64,000 nt of DNA from the human T2T-CHM13v2.0 reference genome, Homo sapiens. Position numbers and translations under genes: made by a program. The DNA lies in assembly GCF_009914755.1 (NCBI RefSeq), contig NC_060936.1. One strand, written 5' to 3'. Positions 21,349-42,247 of this stretch are shown piece by piece (the first letter of the stretch is position 1; each line of letters begins with the position of its first letter). Under the pieces are notes generated by a model. That model was given only the letters and a program-made list of their open reading frames with translations, had not been told where the DNA came from and made no database searches.

Positions 21349-22048
21349 TGAGACTGTTGAGTCAGGATTAGGATCCAGGTCTGCTGGCACCAATTTCAGT
21401 GCTCTTTATACTTTCTGTTGCTATTCATTCATTCATCCATTCATTCAGCAAATTTATATCAAGTATCTGGTATGTGCCAGGTATGATTCCAAATTACACC
21501 ATTCCCAGATTATTCTGAGAATGCTGCAGTGCCAAACTCTTGGTATCACAGACTTTATATTCTAGTGGGGGAGACAGACAAAATAATAATATAACGACGA
21601 AGGTGCAATGTTATGTGCTATGAGAAAACGCAGTCGGAGGATGGCGAGGAAGGGGAACGGAATTTTAGATAGGGCGGTCTGGGATCAGAACCTCCAGATG
21701 CCCGTCCATGGACTCCAACGAAGGGAGCGATTCCAGGTACCAGGGCACCCTGCACAAACCTCTCTTGAGCTTCCGCCTCGCCCAGGTGGGGACGGTAGGG
21801 AGACCGGAGGGCACACGCATGCGCACGAAGGAAACGGTAAAGCCTGAAGGGAGGTGCAGAGCGCATGCTCTCTCTTGCCCGAGATGCCGAGGATTTTGAC
21901 AAGGACTCCGTCGTCCCGGATGATAGTGCTCAGGTTAATGCCAGTGGGAGGGCGGCGCCCAATAGTAACTTCCTTTGGAGGTTGTAGTACCGCCCCCAGA
22001 GCCAATTTTCCACTTCCGCTTCCGGCGCTGCGGCAGTCCAGATCAAAA

Positions 22049-22151
22049 ATGGCGGTAGTTGGTGTGTCCTCGGTTTCTCGGCTGCTGGGTCGGTCCCGCC
22101 CACAGCTGGGGCGGCCTATGTCGAGTGGCGCCCATGGCGAAGAGGGCTCAG
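22049..22151 (+). CDS. COX6A1: COX6A1 exon 1 CDS (mitochondrial presequence), cytochrome c oxidase subunit 6A1
   Basis: ATG at 22049 reads [34 protein letters not shown]; donor G|GTACTG at 22152; 103 nt, phase 1. Confidence 0.98.
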
Positions 22152-22300
22152 GTACTGGGGCCGGGGTCGACGGGTCGAGCCTCAGCCCCACTCGGGCGAG
22201 ACAGGGAGGGACTGTGACCTTGGCCCGAGGCCTTGCGGGAGGGAAAGTGAGACCCGGGCCCGCCCCATACCGGCGCTGAACGTTTGTGGCTTCTCCGCAG

Positions 22301-22443
22301 CTCGCATGTGGAAGACTCTCACCTTCTTCGTCGCGCTCCCCGGGGTGGCAGTCAGCATGCTGAATGTGTACCTGAAGTCGCACCACGGAGAGCACGAGAG
22401 ACCCGAGTTCATCGCCTACCCCCATCTCCGCATCAGGACCAAG
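22301..22443 (+). CDS. COX6A1: COX6A1 exon 2 (transmembrane helix)
   Basis: Acceptor ttctccgcag|; (A)[47 protein letters not shown]; donor AAG|GTACGC; ends phase 0. Confidence 0.98.
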
Positions 22444-22704
22444 GTACGCCCTTGTACATCTCTTCAAGCGTCCGTTCTCTTTTCGTTATGTGTGCCTTAG
22501 TGCAAGTTCTTCATTCTCTGAAGGCATGGGTGCCAGGCGTGTACAGCTTGTTTATCCTCACAAACAGAAAATGTATTTTCTTCCATTTTGTGGATGGACA
22601 GCTGACACTTGGGATTACGTCTCAATTCTCTTCTTCAAGGTCATACAATAAGTGCTCTTCAGTTTCCCTTTTCTCCGATTCATCCTACCTCCTGCCTTCT
22701 GAGA

Positions 22705-22736
<32 letters not shown>

Positions 22737-23472
22737 ACTTCTGAGACAGTTCTGAAACAGGTGTCCGTTGTGTAAAGCCTGGAGGTTTGGGAAATCCAAT
22801 TAGAGTGGCAAAGTCTGAAGGTGGTTCGCGTAAGCGAACCCAGCAGCTACATGGGAGGCTGAAGCAGGAGAATCCCTTGAACCTAGGAGGCGGAGTTTGC
22901 AGGGAGCTGAGATCGTGCCACTGCACTCCGGCCTGGGCAACAGAGCGAGACTCTGGTCTCAAAACAAAACAAAACAGCAACAACAAAACATGGGCATCTG
23001 GCAGCTACTAGTTGCATAATGAAGAGACTGACAGCTTTCTCTATTCCCCACCAATACCTTTTCTCGACTGTTTTATCATTGGTTGTTGATGTAGATATAT
23101 TACAATGTTGTGTCCTCTGTTGTTTGCTGTATCTTTAACAAGGGCTTATTCTGATTCTTCAATACTGGCCATGCGCGGTGGCTCACGCCTGTAATCCCAG
23201 CACTTTGGGAGGCCAAGGTGGGTGGATCGCCGGAGGTCAGGAGTTCAAGACCAGCCTCGTCAACATGGCGAAACACTATCTCTACTAAAAGTACAAAAAG
23301 TAGCCGGGCGTGGTGGCGGGCGCCTGTAATCCCAGCTACTCGGGAGGCTGCGGTGGGAGAATCTAGGAGGTTGAACCCAGGAGGAGGAGGTTGCAGTGAG
23401 CCAAGATCCAGCCATTGCACTGCAGCCTGGGCAACAGGAGTGAAACTCCGTCTCAAAAAAAAATAGTAATAA

Positions 23473-23507
23473 TATACTTGATCTTAGCCAAAAGGCCGAG
23501 AAGTGAT
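23473..23507 (-). pseudogene. 3'-truncated U2 snRNA retrocopy (U2 nt 1-35)
   Basis: Reverse complement ATCACTTCTCGGCCTTTTGGCTAAGATCAAGTATA matches U2 5' end at 33/35. Confidence 0.92.
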
Positions 23508-23654
23508 GAAAAAAGTTATTATTATTATTATTATTATTACATCACCTAGCCCATATAGGACTGGCCTTGTAGAAACTTAACCTAGACTCTTGAATTTGTT
23601 GAGTCTTTGAGCGGCACTCCCATCCTTGTACAATGCAATTAGAAGCCAAACAGT

Positions 23655-23895
23655 AAAGGTTTCTCAGCCTCAGCACTGTTGACATTTGGGGCTGGGTAAT
23701 TCTTGTTGGGGGGCTATCTTGTGCATTGTGAAATGTTTAGCCATATCCTTGGCCTGTACCCACTAGGTGGCAGTAGTACCTGCGCAACCCCACTCCCGCT
23801 TCCCCCTCCCCCGCCCCCATCACAGTGTCTCCCGATACTACCCAGTGTGCCCTGAAGGGGCAAAATCACCCTGGGTTGGAGACCGTTGCCCTAAA
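23655..23895. mobile_element. MER20 carrying a CTCF-type motif
   Basis: ttctcagcctcagcactgttgacatttggggctgg...gggcaaaatcaccctgg; CCACTAGGTGGCAG at 23760-23773. Confidence 0.8.
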
Positions 23896-24375
23896 GTAAT
23901 GCTTTTCAAAGGTAATAGGCAAGATAATTCAGGGTGGGCTGCAGTTTCCCAGCCCAGATATTGTTTGAAGTCTGGGATGGTGCCAGAAATCTGCATTTAA
24001 TTAAGCATCTCCCTCCCCTAATACTGCCACCATTTTGATATAGGTGATTTGAGGATTACACTTTCATAAACACAGCACTGGATATACTAGTTACTAGGGA
24101 GAGGATGATGAGTAACTAACTTGAGCTTGCATTTTCTGCCATCCATATTTGTTTCTGGAATTAAAACTGTCCTGTAGCCAGGATAACTTTAAGGGCTCCC
24201 CTGGTAGTTATAAGAGCTCCTTAAATAATGGGAAGGTTGAACTACACCAGTAGATAAAGGACTAATTTCCATTTTGTTTTTATATATGATCTGTCACCCC
24301 GTTATAAGCAGTTCATGACGGTGTTCTTTCTAAATTATTTTCTGGAATTATCTAACTGACATCTTCACTCCACAG

Positions 24376-24459
24376 CCGTTTCCCTGGGGAGATGGTAACC
24401 ATACTCTATTCCATAACCCTCATGTGAATCCACTTCCAACTGGCTACGAAGATGAATAA
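24376..24459 (+). CDS. COX6A1: COX6A1 exon 3 CDS
   Basis: Acceptor cttcactccacag|; [27 protein letters not shown]; spliced total 109 aa. Confidence 0.98.
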   Translation, partial: PFPWGDGNHTLFHNPHVNPLPTGYEDE

Positions 24460-24633
24460 AGAGAATCTGGACCACTACCCGGGCACCAGGGACCACAGCA
24501 CTGGTTTGGACCGTTACTCTGCACATGGACCAGAAAAAGTATATGGGACCTTAAGCTCACCTTCTTTACTTGTATCAAATGATGACTGGTATACTGGTCT
24601 CCCATCCCTTTGCTTGTGGCAGGAGATGGCTTA

Positions 24634-24639
24634 AATAAA
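24634..24639 (+). terminator. COX6A1: COX6A1 polyadenylation signal
   Basis: AATAAA about 175 nt after the stop, with a U/GU-rich tract downstream (ttttctttggttgtgtttttt). Confidence 0.85.
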
Positions 24640-25213
24640 TAACTTAAATTTAGATTGGTCATGAGCTGAGAGTTACTTTCTTTGGTTGTGTTTTTTCGCA
24701 GAAATTAGCATTTGAGCTTCAAGTCAGTGTCCAAGTTGAAAAGAAATTGGCATTAGTTATTTCTGTTTCCACAGTGAAGGTCTAGGCTGCTGTTTAGTGT
24801 TACAGGTCCAATTCAGCCCATTGAATAAGTGTTTATAACAGCCCCTCTTGGTTTATTGTGCCTGATGTGGATAAAGGGACCAAGTGGAGTGGTGCTAATT
24901 AAGCATCAAGATTAGTCCTTGGTCAGGTGCGGTGGCTCATGCCTGTAATCCCAGCACTTTGGGAGGCTGAGGCTGGCAGATCACCTGAGGTCAGGAGTTG
25001 GAGATCAGCCGGGCCAACATGATGAAATCCTGTCTCTACTAAAAATACAAAAATTAGTTGGGTGTGGTGGCGCACTCCTATAGCTGGGTGTAGAGGCTTG
25101 AACCCGGGAGGTGGAGGTTGCAGTGAGCCAAGATCGTGCCACTGCACTCCAGCCTGGGCAACAGAGTGAGACTCTGTCTCAAAAAACAAAAGATTGGTCC
25201 TTGACGGGCCTGA

Positions 25214-25594
<381 letters not shown>

Positions 25595-25850
25595 TAGCCA
25601 GGATGGTCTCGATCTCCTGACCTCGTGATCCACCCGCCTCAGCCTCCCAAAGTGCTGGGATTACAGGCGTGAGCCACCGTGCCTGGCCTCGAATGTGTCA
25701 AGTTCTTACTTTGAGGTAATCTCCTTCAGGGCTGGTAGGGTCAGAAATCTTAAGAGAAACAAAGGGAGCGTGACACATTTCTGCTTATTGGCTTTTCTGT
25801 GGAATTAAAACTATCCTGCTTTAATGGATAGTAAATGGTAGTAGTAGTAG

Positions 25851-26205
<355 letters not shown>

Positions 26206-26434
26206 GAGAGGGCAATTATTTGCAATCAAAATTTAAAACCTTTATTTTGGCCGGGTGTGGTGACTCACACCTGTGATTCCAGCACTTTGGGAGGCCAAGG
26301 TGGGCAGATCATGAGGTCAAGGGATCAAGACCATCCTGGACAACATGGTGAAACCTCATCTCTACTGAAAGTACAAAAATTAGCTGGGCGTGGTGGCACG
26401 CACCTGTAGTCCCAGGAGGCGGAGGTTGCAGTGA

Positions 26435-26677
<243 letters not shown>

Positions 26678-27230
26678 TAGTAGAGACAAGGTTTCACATG
26701 TTGGCCAGGCTGGTCTTGAACTCCTAACCTCAGGTGATCTGCCCACCTCAGCCTCCCAAAGTGCTAGGATTACAGGTCTGAGCCACTGTGCCTGGCCAGA
26801 GCTGGTTTATTTTATTTTATTTTATTTTTTGAGACAGAGTTTCGCTTTTGTTGCCCAGGCTGGAGTGCAATGGCATGATCTTGGCTCACCACAACCTCCA
26901 CCTCCCAGGTTCAAGCAATTCTCCTGCCTCACCCTCCTGAGTAGCTGTGATTACAGGCATGTGCCACCACACCTGGCTAATTTTTTGTATTTTAAGTAGA
27001 GATGGGGTTTCTCCATGTTGGTCAGGCTAGTCTCAAACTCCCAACCTCAGGTGATCTGCCCACCTCAGTCTCCCAAAGTGCTGGGATTACTGGCGTGAGC
27101 CACCGCGCCCAGCCAGCTGGTTTATTCTTAAGGCTCAAAGGAACACTTTCGTGGTAAGGTTCAAGAGGCAACAAGGTATTTCATATTATATTACATTAAA
27201 CTGGTAACGCAAAAGTAAGGCATATACAGT

Positions 27231-27314
27231 ACGGAATAGAGAATCTCATTGTCTTTGCCATTTTGTAATAATTAACGGAATAGAGAATCTCATTGTCTTT
27301 GCCATTTTGTAATA
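27231..27314. repeat. Perfect 40-bp direct repeat with 4-nt spacer
   Basis: ACGGAATAGAGAATCTCATTGTCTTTGCCATTTTGTAATA twice, separated by ATTA. Confidence 0.95.
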
Positions 27315-27581
27315 TTACAGCCTGCACTTCTGAGTCCCTATAGAGCTGTTTTGGTTGTGGCCAGTCTGAGTTTAGGACAGATGCATTATACTTCAGCTTG
27401 CTGCCTGGCCTCCCTTGGCTGGGTTCCAAACATCTTTTATAATCCTTGGATAATGGACCCTAGCCAGTCATAAAATATAAATGAAGAATGTTTTGAAATG
27501 ACATTAAGGACAAGTCACATTAAATATGATGTAGCAATTGGTAAAGTGGAGAAAAGACAATAGAATTAGGGCCTTCTATAA

Positions 27582-27761
<180 letters not shown>

Positions 27762-28106
27762 TAGAGACAGGGTTTCGCTATGTTGCCCAGGCTGGTCTCA
27801 AATTCCTGAGCTCAAGTGATCCGCCCATCCCAGCTTCCCAAAGTGTTAAGACTACAGGCATGAGCCACCATACCCGGCCTGTAATTCAAGTTTCATACTA
27901 CTTTGGGTATCTAATAAAACCAAATTACTCAATTAATTGTGGGGATTACGTGACATTCTGAGGTAAGTAAGTGCTCTCCTGATCCTTTTTTGGTACCGTA
28001 GTGTATTTGTATAGCCTATTGTGGAAATTTTAGAAATCAGTGAGGTTTTGGCTGGGTGCGGTGGCTCATGCCTGTAATCCCAGCACTTCGGGAGGTCAAG
28101 AGTTCA

Positions 28107-28298
<192 letters not shown>

Positions 28299-28498
28299 TC
28301 AAAAAAAAAAAATGTGAGGTTTCTGATTGCCATACTGTACCACCTAGCTTAAGACAAGTCACTTTTTCTTCACCTTTAAGTTACAAAACACAAAACTCTC
28401 CCCACTGTATATATGAGGTTTGTAGGGTAACAGGGTAATAGTTCCATAAAATGCACTGAGTTCCAGAGGCAAATAATGATAGAAACTAAATGTTACAA

Positions 28499-28504
28499 TT
28501 TATT
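28499..28504 (-). terminator. TRIAP1: TRIAP1 polyadenylation signal
   Basis: tttatt on + (AATAAA on -) at the end of an ~0.9 kb repeat-free 3' UTR. Confidence 0.7.
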
Positions 28505-29384
28505 CCATCTTCAGGATTACAGACATTACAGGGCAGGATGAGTAAACAAGGCAAATGAAGCGAGCACCTTCAGCTTCCCCCCTACCCCGACATTTAACCA
28601 GATGCAGCATTTTGACATTTTTAGGATATGCAGGTTGACAATTCACTGACTTGGGTTGAGAGCTGGCAATAGCAGATCTTTGCAATTTAGGTTCTTCCTC
28701 CACAGCTATTCCAAGTATCTTAATTCCTGAACTGCACACTGAGAGCTCTGAAATGGTGTTCACTGCAACATTCTTGCAGCTTTCACATCTTAATCTGACA
28801 CCTCTTGTGAAGGCAGGGAACTGTGTTAAAAGCTGTCTTCCTCTTTGCTAATCCAGGCCACCATCAATCTTAACCATTAGTTACTATATAAAAATAAAAG
28901 TGTGCTCAAAAGCACTCACTGAAACTGTTGTGCCCAGATCCCTTTTCAGAGCATTAGTTCCCTGAGAGGAAAAAAAGAGGTCCTAACCAATTGCTTTCAT
29001 AAATAGTGACCCCAGTACAGTGTATATGTCTTTTGCAGCAGAAATCAAGAGGTCAGGCAGCTCTGCTCATCCTGACTAGTTTATCATCGTTTGCATACAA
29101 GGTATATTTATGTAAAGCTGATTCCACGCCAAGTATTGCAACCATAATCTCAAAAAAATTGTTCAATTTTAGCACACAGTTCCTGCAAGATACCACAGCA
29201 GGTGAGAAATCATCTCAAAGAGTTCATCTTTTACAACTGAGAGGAAAACATCGAAGGAGGAAATAAAACTCCTCTCTCCTAAGTTCCTCATCAAATCTGA
29301 TGGCTATGTTCACAGAGTTAGTTGACAAAAATCCAGAGTCCTCAATTTCTGGACTTGCGAAATCCTTCAAGGTGACTGTCAAGG

Positions 29385-29489
<105 letters not shown>

Positions 29490-29684
29490 TTATAAAGACC
29501 TACATGAAGCTTAAGTTGCAAGCTTTGTAAATAAAATATGACAGTACAAAAGTAAAATCAAGCTGATTATAAAGACTTATAACCATGATTCAAACCACAT
29601 ACTTTTTAAAAAACAAGTACCGGTCAGGTGTGGTGGCTCACGCCTATAATCGCAGCATTTTGGGAGACCAAGGCAGGTGGATCA

Positions 29685-29990
<306 letters not shown>

Positions 29991-30624
29991 TTAAAATTAA
30001 GTGAAATTTGAAAAATAATCATCACTTTGTGTTAGTGAAAGACTTAGGTTCAAATCTGGGTTCCAGGACTTACTGGCTATGTGACTAACTGTAAATGGGA
30101 TGAAGACAGCAACTACCTCGGGGAATTGCTGTGAGGATGTGTTGGGTTAACTTATTGGAAGTGCTTTGCCCGGTGCTGTTCTTAACAATTCAAAGCAGTT
30201 CCACATCCATTGGGCCAGAATAAACATTTCCTGGCTGCAGTTGCGGGGACTGGTCAAGAGAGAGAAACAGGCTAACGAAGGGTTTATAACAACAAAAAAA
30301 TGTGACCCTCCAGTCTGAATTCTGAAGTATAATCCCGCCCAGACCCCAGCAGTAATAGTGGAAAAGTGCACCACCTGCGAAAGAACCAAGGAAACCTGAT
30401 GCTAGTGAACTCGGATTAATCACTTCCTATTTCTGGGTGTTAGTTTTTTATGTATAAAATATGAGTAACTATGCCCACCTTGCGAGTTTAGGGTGAACAC
30501 CAAATGAACCAAAGGATGTGACTGTGCTTCTTGAAAAGCACTGCCCCAATATTTGTCATTCGGAGAGACACCCAAGTGGCCTCGGTGGTGATGGTAGGGG
30601 AGCGAGCTCCTGCCACTGGCCTCA

Positions 30625-31092
<468 letters not shown>

Positions 31093-31139
31093 TAGGCGGG
31101 TGGCGGAGCAAGCCGGGAGGCACTTCGGAGCGCCGGTGA

Positions 31140-31343
<204 letters not shown>

Positions 31344-31566
31344 TAAACTCGCGGCTGCAGCCCCGAAGCCTTGACCGTGGCCCGTTCGCAGCCGTTTAAT
31401 GTGACGATTAGCGAACAGTTTTCCAGGGGGTTAAAGAGTGTTAGCAAGATTCAGGAACTTGCCCACAGTCACCTCGCGAGTCAGTGGCTTCACTCTTCCC
31501 CTTGTTCATTACTGATGCTCTCGCTAGTGTAAGTGGAAACAAAACCCGAACTGCTAATCACTGCCT

Positions 31567-37505
<5,939 letters not shown>

Positions 37506-37844
37506 GGCTCAGAACTTTTAACCAAGTTAATTAGCCCCCATTCCAGTCTGCATCAAACTAGAAATAAAGTAGGAGGAAGGGAGAAGGCTTTTAGATGGAA
37601 GTAGAGGGGTCCACAAGAAGCTATTCCTTCCAGCCAGATAGCAGAAAAGAAGCTCAAAGAAAGAAAAGCAGTGGGAGAACGGTCCCATCAGTGAGTCCAA
37701 GGGCTGACAGAATCACAAATGGAGCCACTTTGTCCTCCCTGTTGCCACAGCACTTTCCAATGCCACCGTAGCAGCATTTCTCACAGTTACTTAAGTTATT
37801 GTTCCTGAGTTTTAACCAGCAGGGACTTCTAGTTTACAACTGAA

Positions 37845-38037
37845 GTCTTTCTCAACCAGGGTTCCTCAGCCAAACCAGAACACAGAAAGATTCAAGTGAC
37901 TTTTTTTCAGTTCTCCCAAGGACAGTATATGACAAATGTTAGCTTAAACACACAGGAGATAAGTTAACTTATCATCAGAATGGGTGTCTTGGGGTATGTA
38001 GGCTAACTTATCTTACAGAACCCTGATTGGGAAAGAC
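37845..38037. mobile_element. Short non-autonomous DNA transposon with terminal inverted repeats
   Basis: GTCTTTCTCAACCAGGGTTC and GAACCCTGATTGGGAAAGAC are 18/20 inverted. Confidence 0.7.
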
Positions 38038-39680
38038 AGGTGGTGAGGTAGAAGTTTAGTCAATCATTAATTGATCTGAAAAGCTCATCTGGTCCTGTTC
38101 AGTGTTTTATATAATTCTGAGGTCCAAGAAAGTGAAGCAACTCACCAAGTGAGAGGTATGCTTGCTGTACCACTGTCACAGAGACCGTGGGTTCAGGAGC
38201 CTGTAATTAATAAAGCTAGGTATGGTGGTGCACACCTGTAATCCCAGCTGCTTGGGAAGCTAAGGTGGGAGGATCACTTGAGCCCAGAAGTTTGAGACCA
38301 GCCTAGGCAACACAGCAAGACCCTGTCTCAAAAAAAAAAAGTAAAACAACAACAACAACAACAACAACAAAAAACCAACCCCAGAAAATGTGTCTATTTT
38401 AGGAACAACTCCATCATAACCAATAACTAAATAGAAATGTATGTATGTATGTACATACATACATAAATAGAAAGGTATGTAAAGGGGTGAATTTTGTTTT
38501 CCTGGAAATTTCACTTACGCAGGAAACTTAATTATGAAACTTGATTACTTGATGAGTAAATAGATTAGTTGCTATTAGATCTACTCTTGGGGAAGCAGTA
38601 GCATTTAACCGCCTATTGGCGGTAGTAGAGAGTCTTCCCAAACCTTCAGATGCTAGGCAGGTTGTGCCTCATCAGGAGTGCACAGACTTTGAATGAGTGG
38701 TAGGGACTGAGATGTACTGGGGTGCACTAAGGCTTTCTGAAAGGAGCAGGTGCTACTCAGAGCCCTCTTACTGCCGTGAATGCTGGCTCAGCATTATCAG
38801 ATCTTGTTTTTTTAACATTTCATTTAATCTTCCCAGAAATCCTATGAAGCATTCAACAAACAAGGAAACTGAAATATAGAGAGGATAAGTAATGTGTAGC
38901 AATGGGATCTGAATTCAGCTGTGACTTGAGAGCCTAAGCTCTTAGCCTTTTTGAGACGGAGTCTTGCTCTGTCGCCCAGGCTGGAGTGCAGTAGCATGAT
39001 ATCCGCTCACTGCAAGCTCCACCTCCAGGGTTCACGCCGTTCCCCTCCTCAGCCTCTCGCTACAGGCCCCCGCCACCACGCCTGGCTAATTTTTTTTTTT
39101 TTGTATTTTTAGTAGAGACGGGGTTTCACCCTGTCAGCCAGGATGGTCTTGATCTCCTGACCTCGTGATCTGCCCGCCTCAGTCTCCCAAAGTGCTGGGA
39201 TCACAGGCATGAGGCACCGCGCCCGGCCTCTTAGCCATTTTTTAATACTGTCCAACAGAAACTATAAACTCCAGAAAGTCCAAGGGTTACCTTTGAATAG
39301 TATAATTATGATTTTTATTTTACTTTTGTTCTCCCAAGTTTTCTTAAATGAATACAGTCCTTGTGTTATTCAAAAAAAAAAAAAAATCTAGTACAACTCT
39401 CTTTTGTGTGTGTGTGTGTGAGACACTGTCTCACTCTGTCACCCAGGTTGGAGTGCAGTGGTGTGATCTCCGCTCACTACAAACTCTGCTTCCTACATTC
39501 AAGTGATTCTTGTGCCTCAGCCTCCCAGGTAGCTGGGATTACAGGTATGTACCACCATGCCCGGCTAACTTTTATATTTTTAGTAGAGACAGGGTTTCAC
39601 CATATTGGATGGTCTCGAACTCCTGACCTCAGGTGATCCACCTGCTTTGGCCTCCCAAAGTGCTGGGATTACAGGCTTGA

Positions 39681-40112
<432 letters not shown>

Positions 40113-40184
40113 TGAGTAAATATTTGTTGTGTCTAGCTTTGGGCTGGGTGCCACAAAAAAAGAACTAGTCCTTTCCTAAAATAA

Positions 40185-40498
<314 letters not shown>

Positions 40499-41572
40499 TG
40501 ACAACTTAGTTCTTATGTGCAGCCTTAGCCCAGATGTACCTGTCACATCTTTGTCCCTCTCTGACATGACTCAAACGCCATTAGGGTCTGCCCTCAGTCT
40601 GTGCCCACTCAAAGCAGGAGGAGCGTGGCTACTACCGAATACCATATCAGTGATTTAACAGACTGCTTATTTTTTTAATCTAAGTATCTGGAAGCAGGCT
40701 TACACACTTTTACACCTTGAAACAATAGTGAAGCCTCATGCAAATGTTCAAGCTCTTGTGTGTTTTTTACCGGTTTGCCATCTGAAGGCTTTAGTAAAGT
40801 CACTAGGTCCCACAGAACACTGGGAGATTCTTGAGCTGTTGGTGGCACATCTTGCTCAAGGGCAGGCACATCCACCAAAGTGGCTGTGGTGGAAAAAGCA
40901 TTCATTTTAGGTGTATCAGATTGGGCTGAGATCCCAGTTGTTACTTAGCAGCCAACATCCTTAAGTTACTCTTGTGGCAAGTTTGCTTCCCCATCTCTGC
41001 TTAGCTTTCCAGCTTCATCTTCCACCCCGGCAGACCACACCCCAGCCTGCTAAACTCCCTGTCCTTCTCTGAATCTCTGAGCTCTCGGCTCTATTGCTTT
41101 GGGATTCATGCTGCTATACGTGCCAGGAAGTCCATTTCTCATACCTTCATCCCCCAATCCAGCTATTTCTTGCCCATCCTTGAACAGTGACATCAGCTAT
41201 TCTGAGGATGTGCTACTCACGCAGGCTGGACTAGGTACCCTTTCTATCCTTTGGCAGGCTGTACTAACCTCTGTTAGATTTAAAATATTGTTTTTGTAAT
41301 TGCTTTTACCTGTCCCCACCAAAAGACAGTTGCCCATATAATCATCAAAAACTATTTGTTAAATCAATCCAGAGAAGTAATTAGCACTTACTTCTCAGGG
41401 TTGTTCGGTCAATCTATAAACTGTAGGCTGTTATTTGGTCTACTGTTGATCCCAGCTTCTCTATCTTTGAACAGTGCCCATTAACTCAAGAATATACTGC
41501 TTCCTTGTTCTCTCCTTCTTGCCCCTCTCCATCATCCCCTAAAAGCCCCCTTCTCTGAGAGGGTAACCTTGA

Positions 41573-41722
<150 letters not shown>

Positions 41723-42139
41723 TAGTCTCACAGTAACCTTAGGAATGAAGCAGGAAGCATGAGGACCAAAGATGCTATGTGAAGGCACTTTGAAAAGGAT
41801 GAAGTGCATACAGATGGTGGCATTAAGGTGGCAGTAGGGTCCAGGGTCATACTCACCTCTAGGGGGCAGTTAGTAACAGGAACAAGCAAAACAGGATTGG
41901 GGGCATGCGGGAGGTTTAAAGTAGGTGGAAATCTGGAGCTCAAGATCTCCCTAAAGGGGCAGCTGGCATTCAGTGTTTCTCAAAGCCACAGTTAAGACCC
42001 TGCCAGATCCTGTAATCGACTCCAACTTTCTAGTATTCATACCATGAATAAATATTTGTTAGGTCTAGCTTTGGGCTGGGTACCACAAAAAAACCAGTCC
42101 TTTCCTAAAAGAATCCTTTTTTTTTTTTTTTTTTTTTGA

Positions 42140-42247
<108 letters not shown>

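Larger units (their letters stand above)
21600..22480. promoter_or_regulatory. COX6A1 CpG-island promoter with NRF1, ETS/GABP, CCAAT and YY1 motifs
   Basis: CpG-dense; CACGCATGCGCA 21814-21825 (NRF1); CCAAT at 21959 and 22002; tandem CTTCCG repeats 22011-22026 (GABP/NRF-2); AAAATGGCGG over the ATG (YY1). Confidence 0.85.

Noticed and set aside
21854-22048. In-frame upstream extension of the COX6A1 ORF
   Set aside because: Runs through promoter motifs upstream of the probable TSS (~22020); the known protein starts at 22049
21685-22467. 260-aa ORF antisense to COX6A1
   Set aside because: GC-rich CpG island shadow ORF crossing an intron; no recognisable domain
27231-27314. Direct repeat as a CRISPR-like array
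   Set aside because: Only two units with a 4-nt spacer, in eukaryotic DNA
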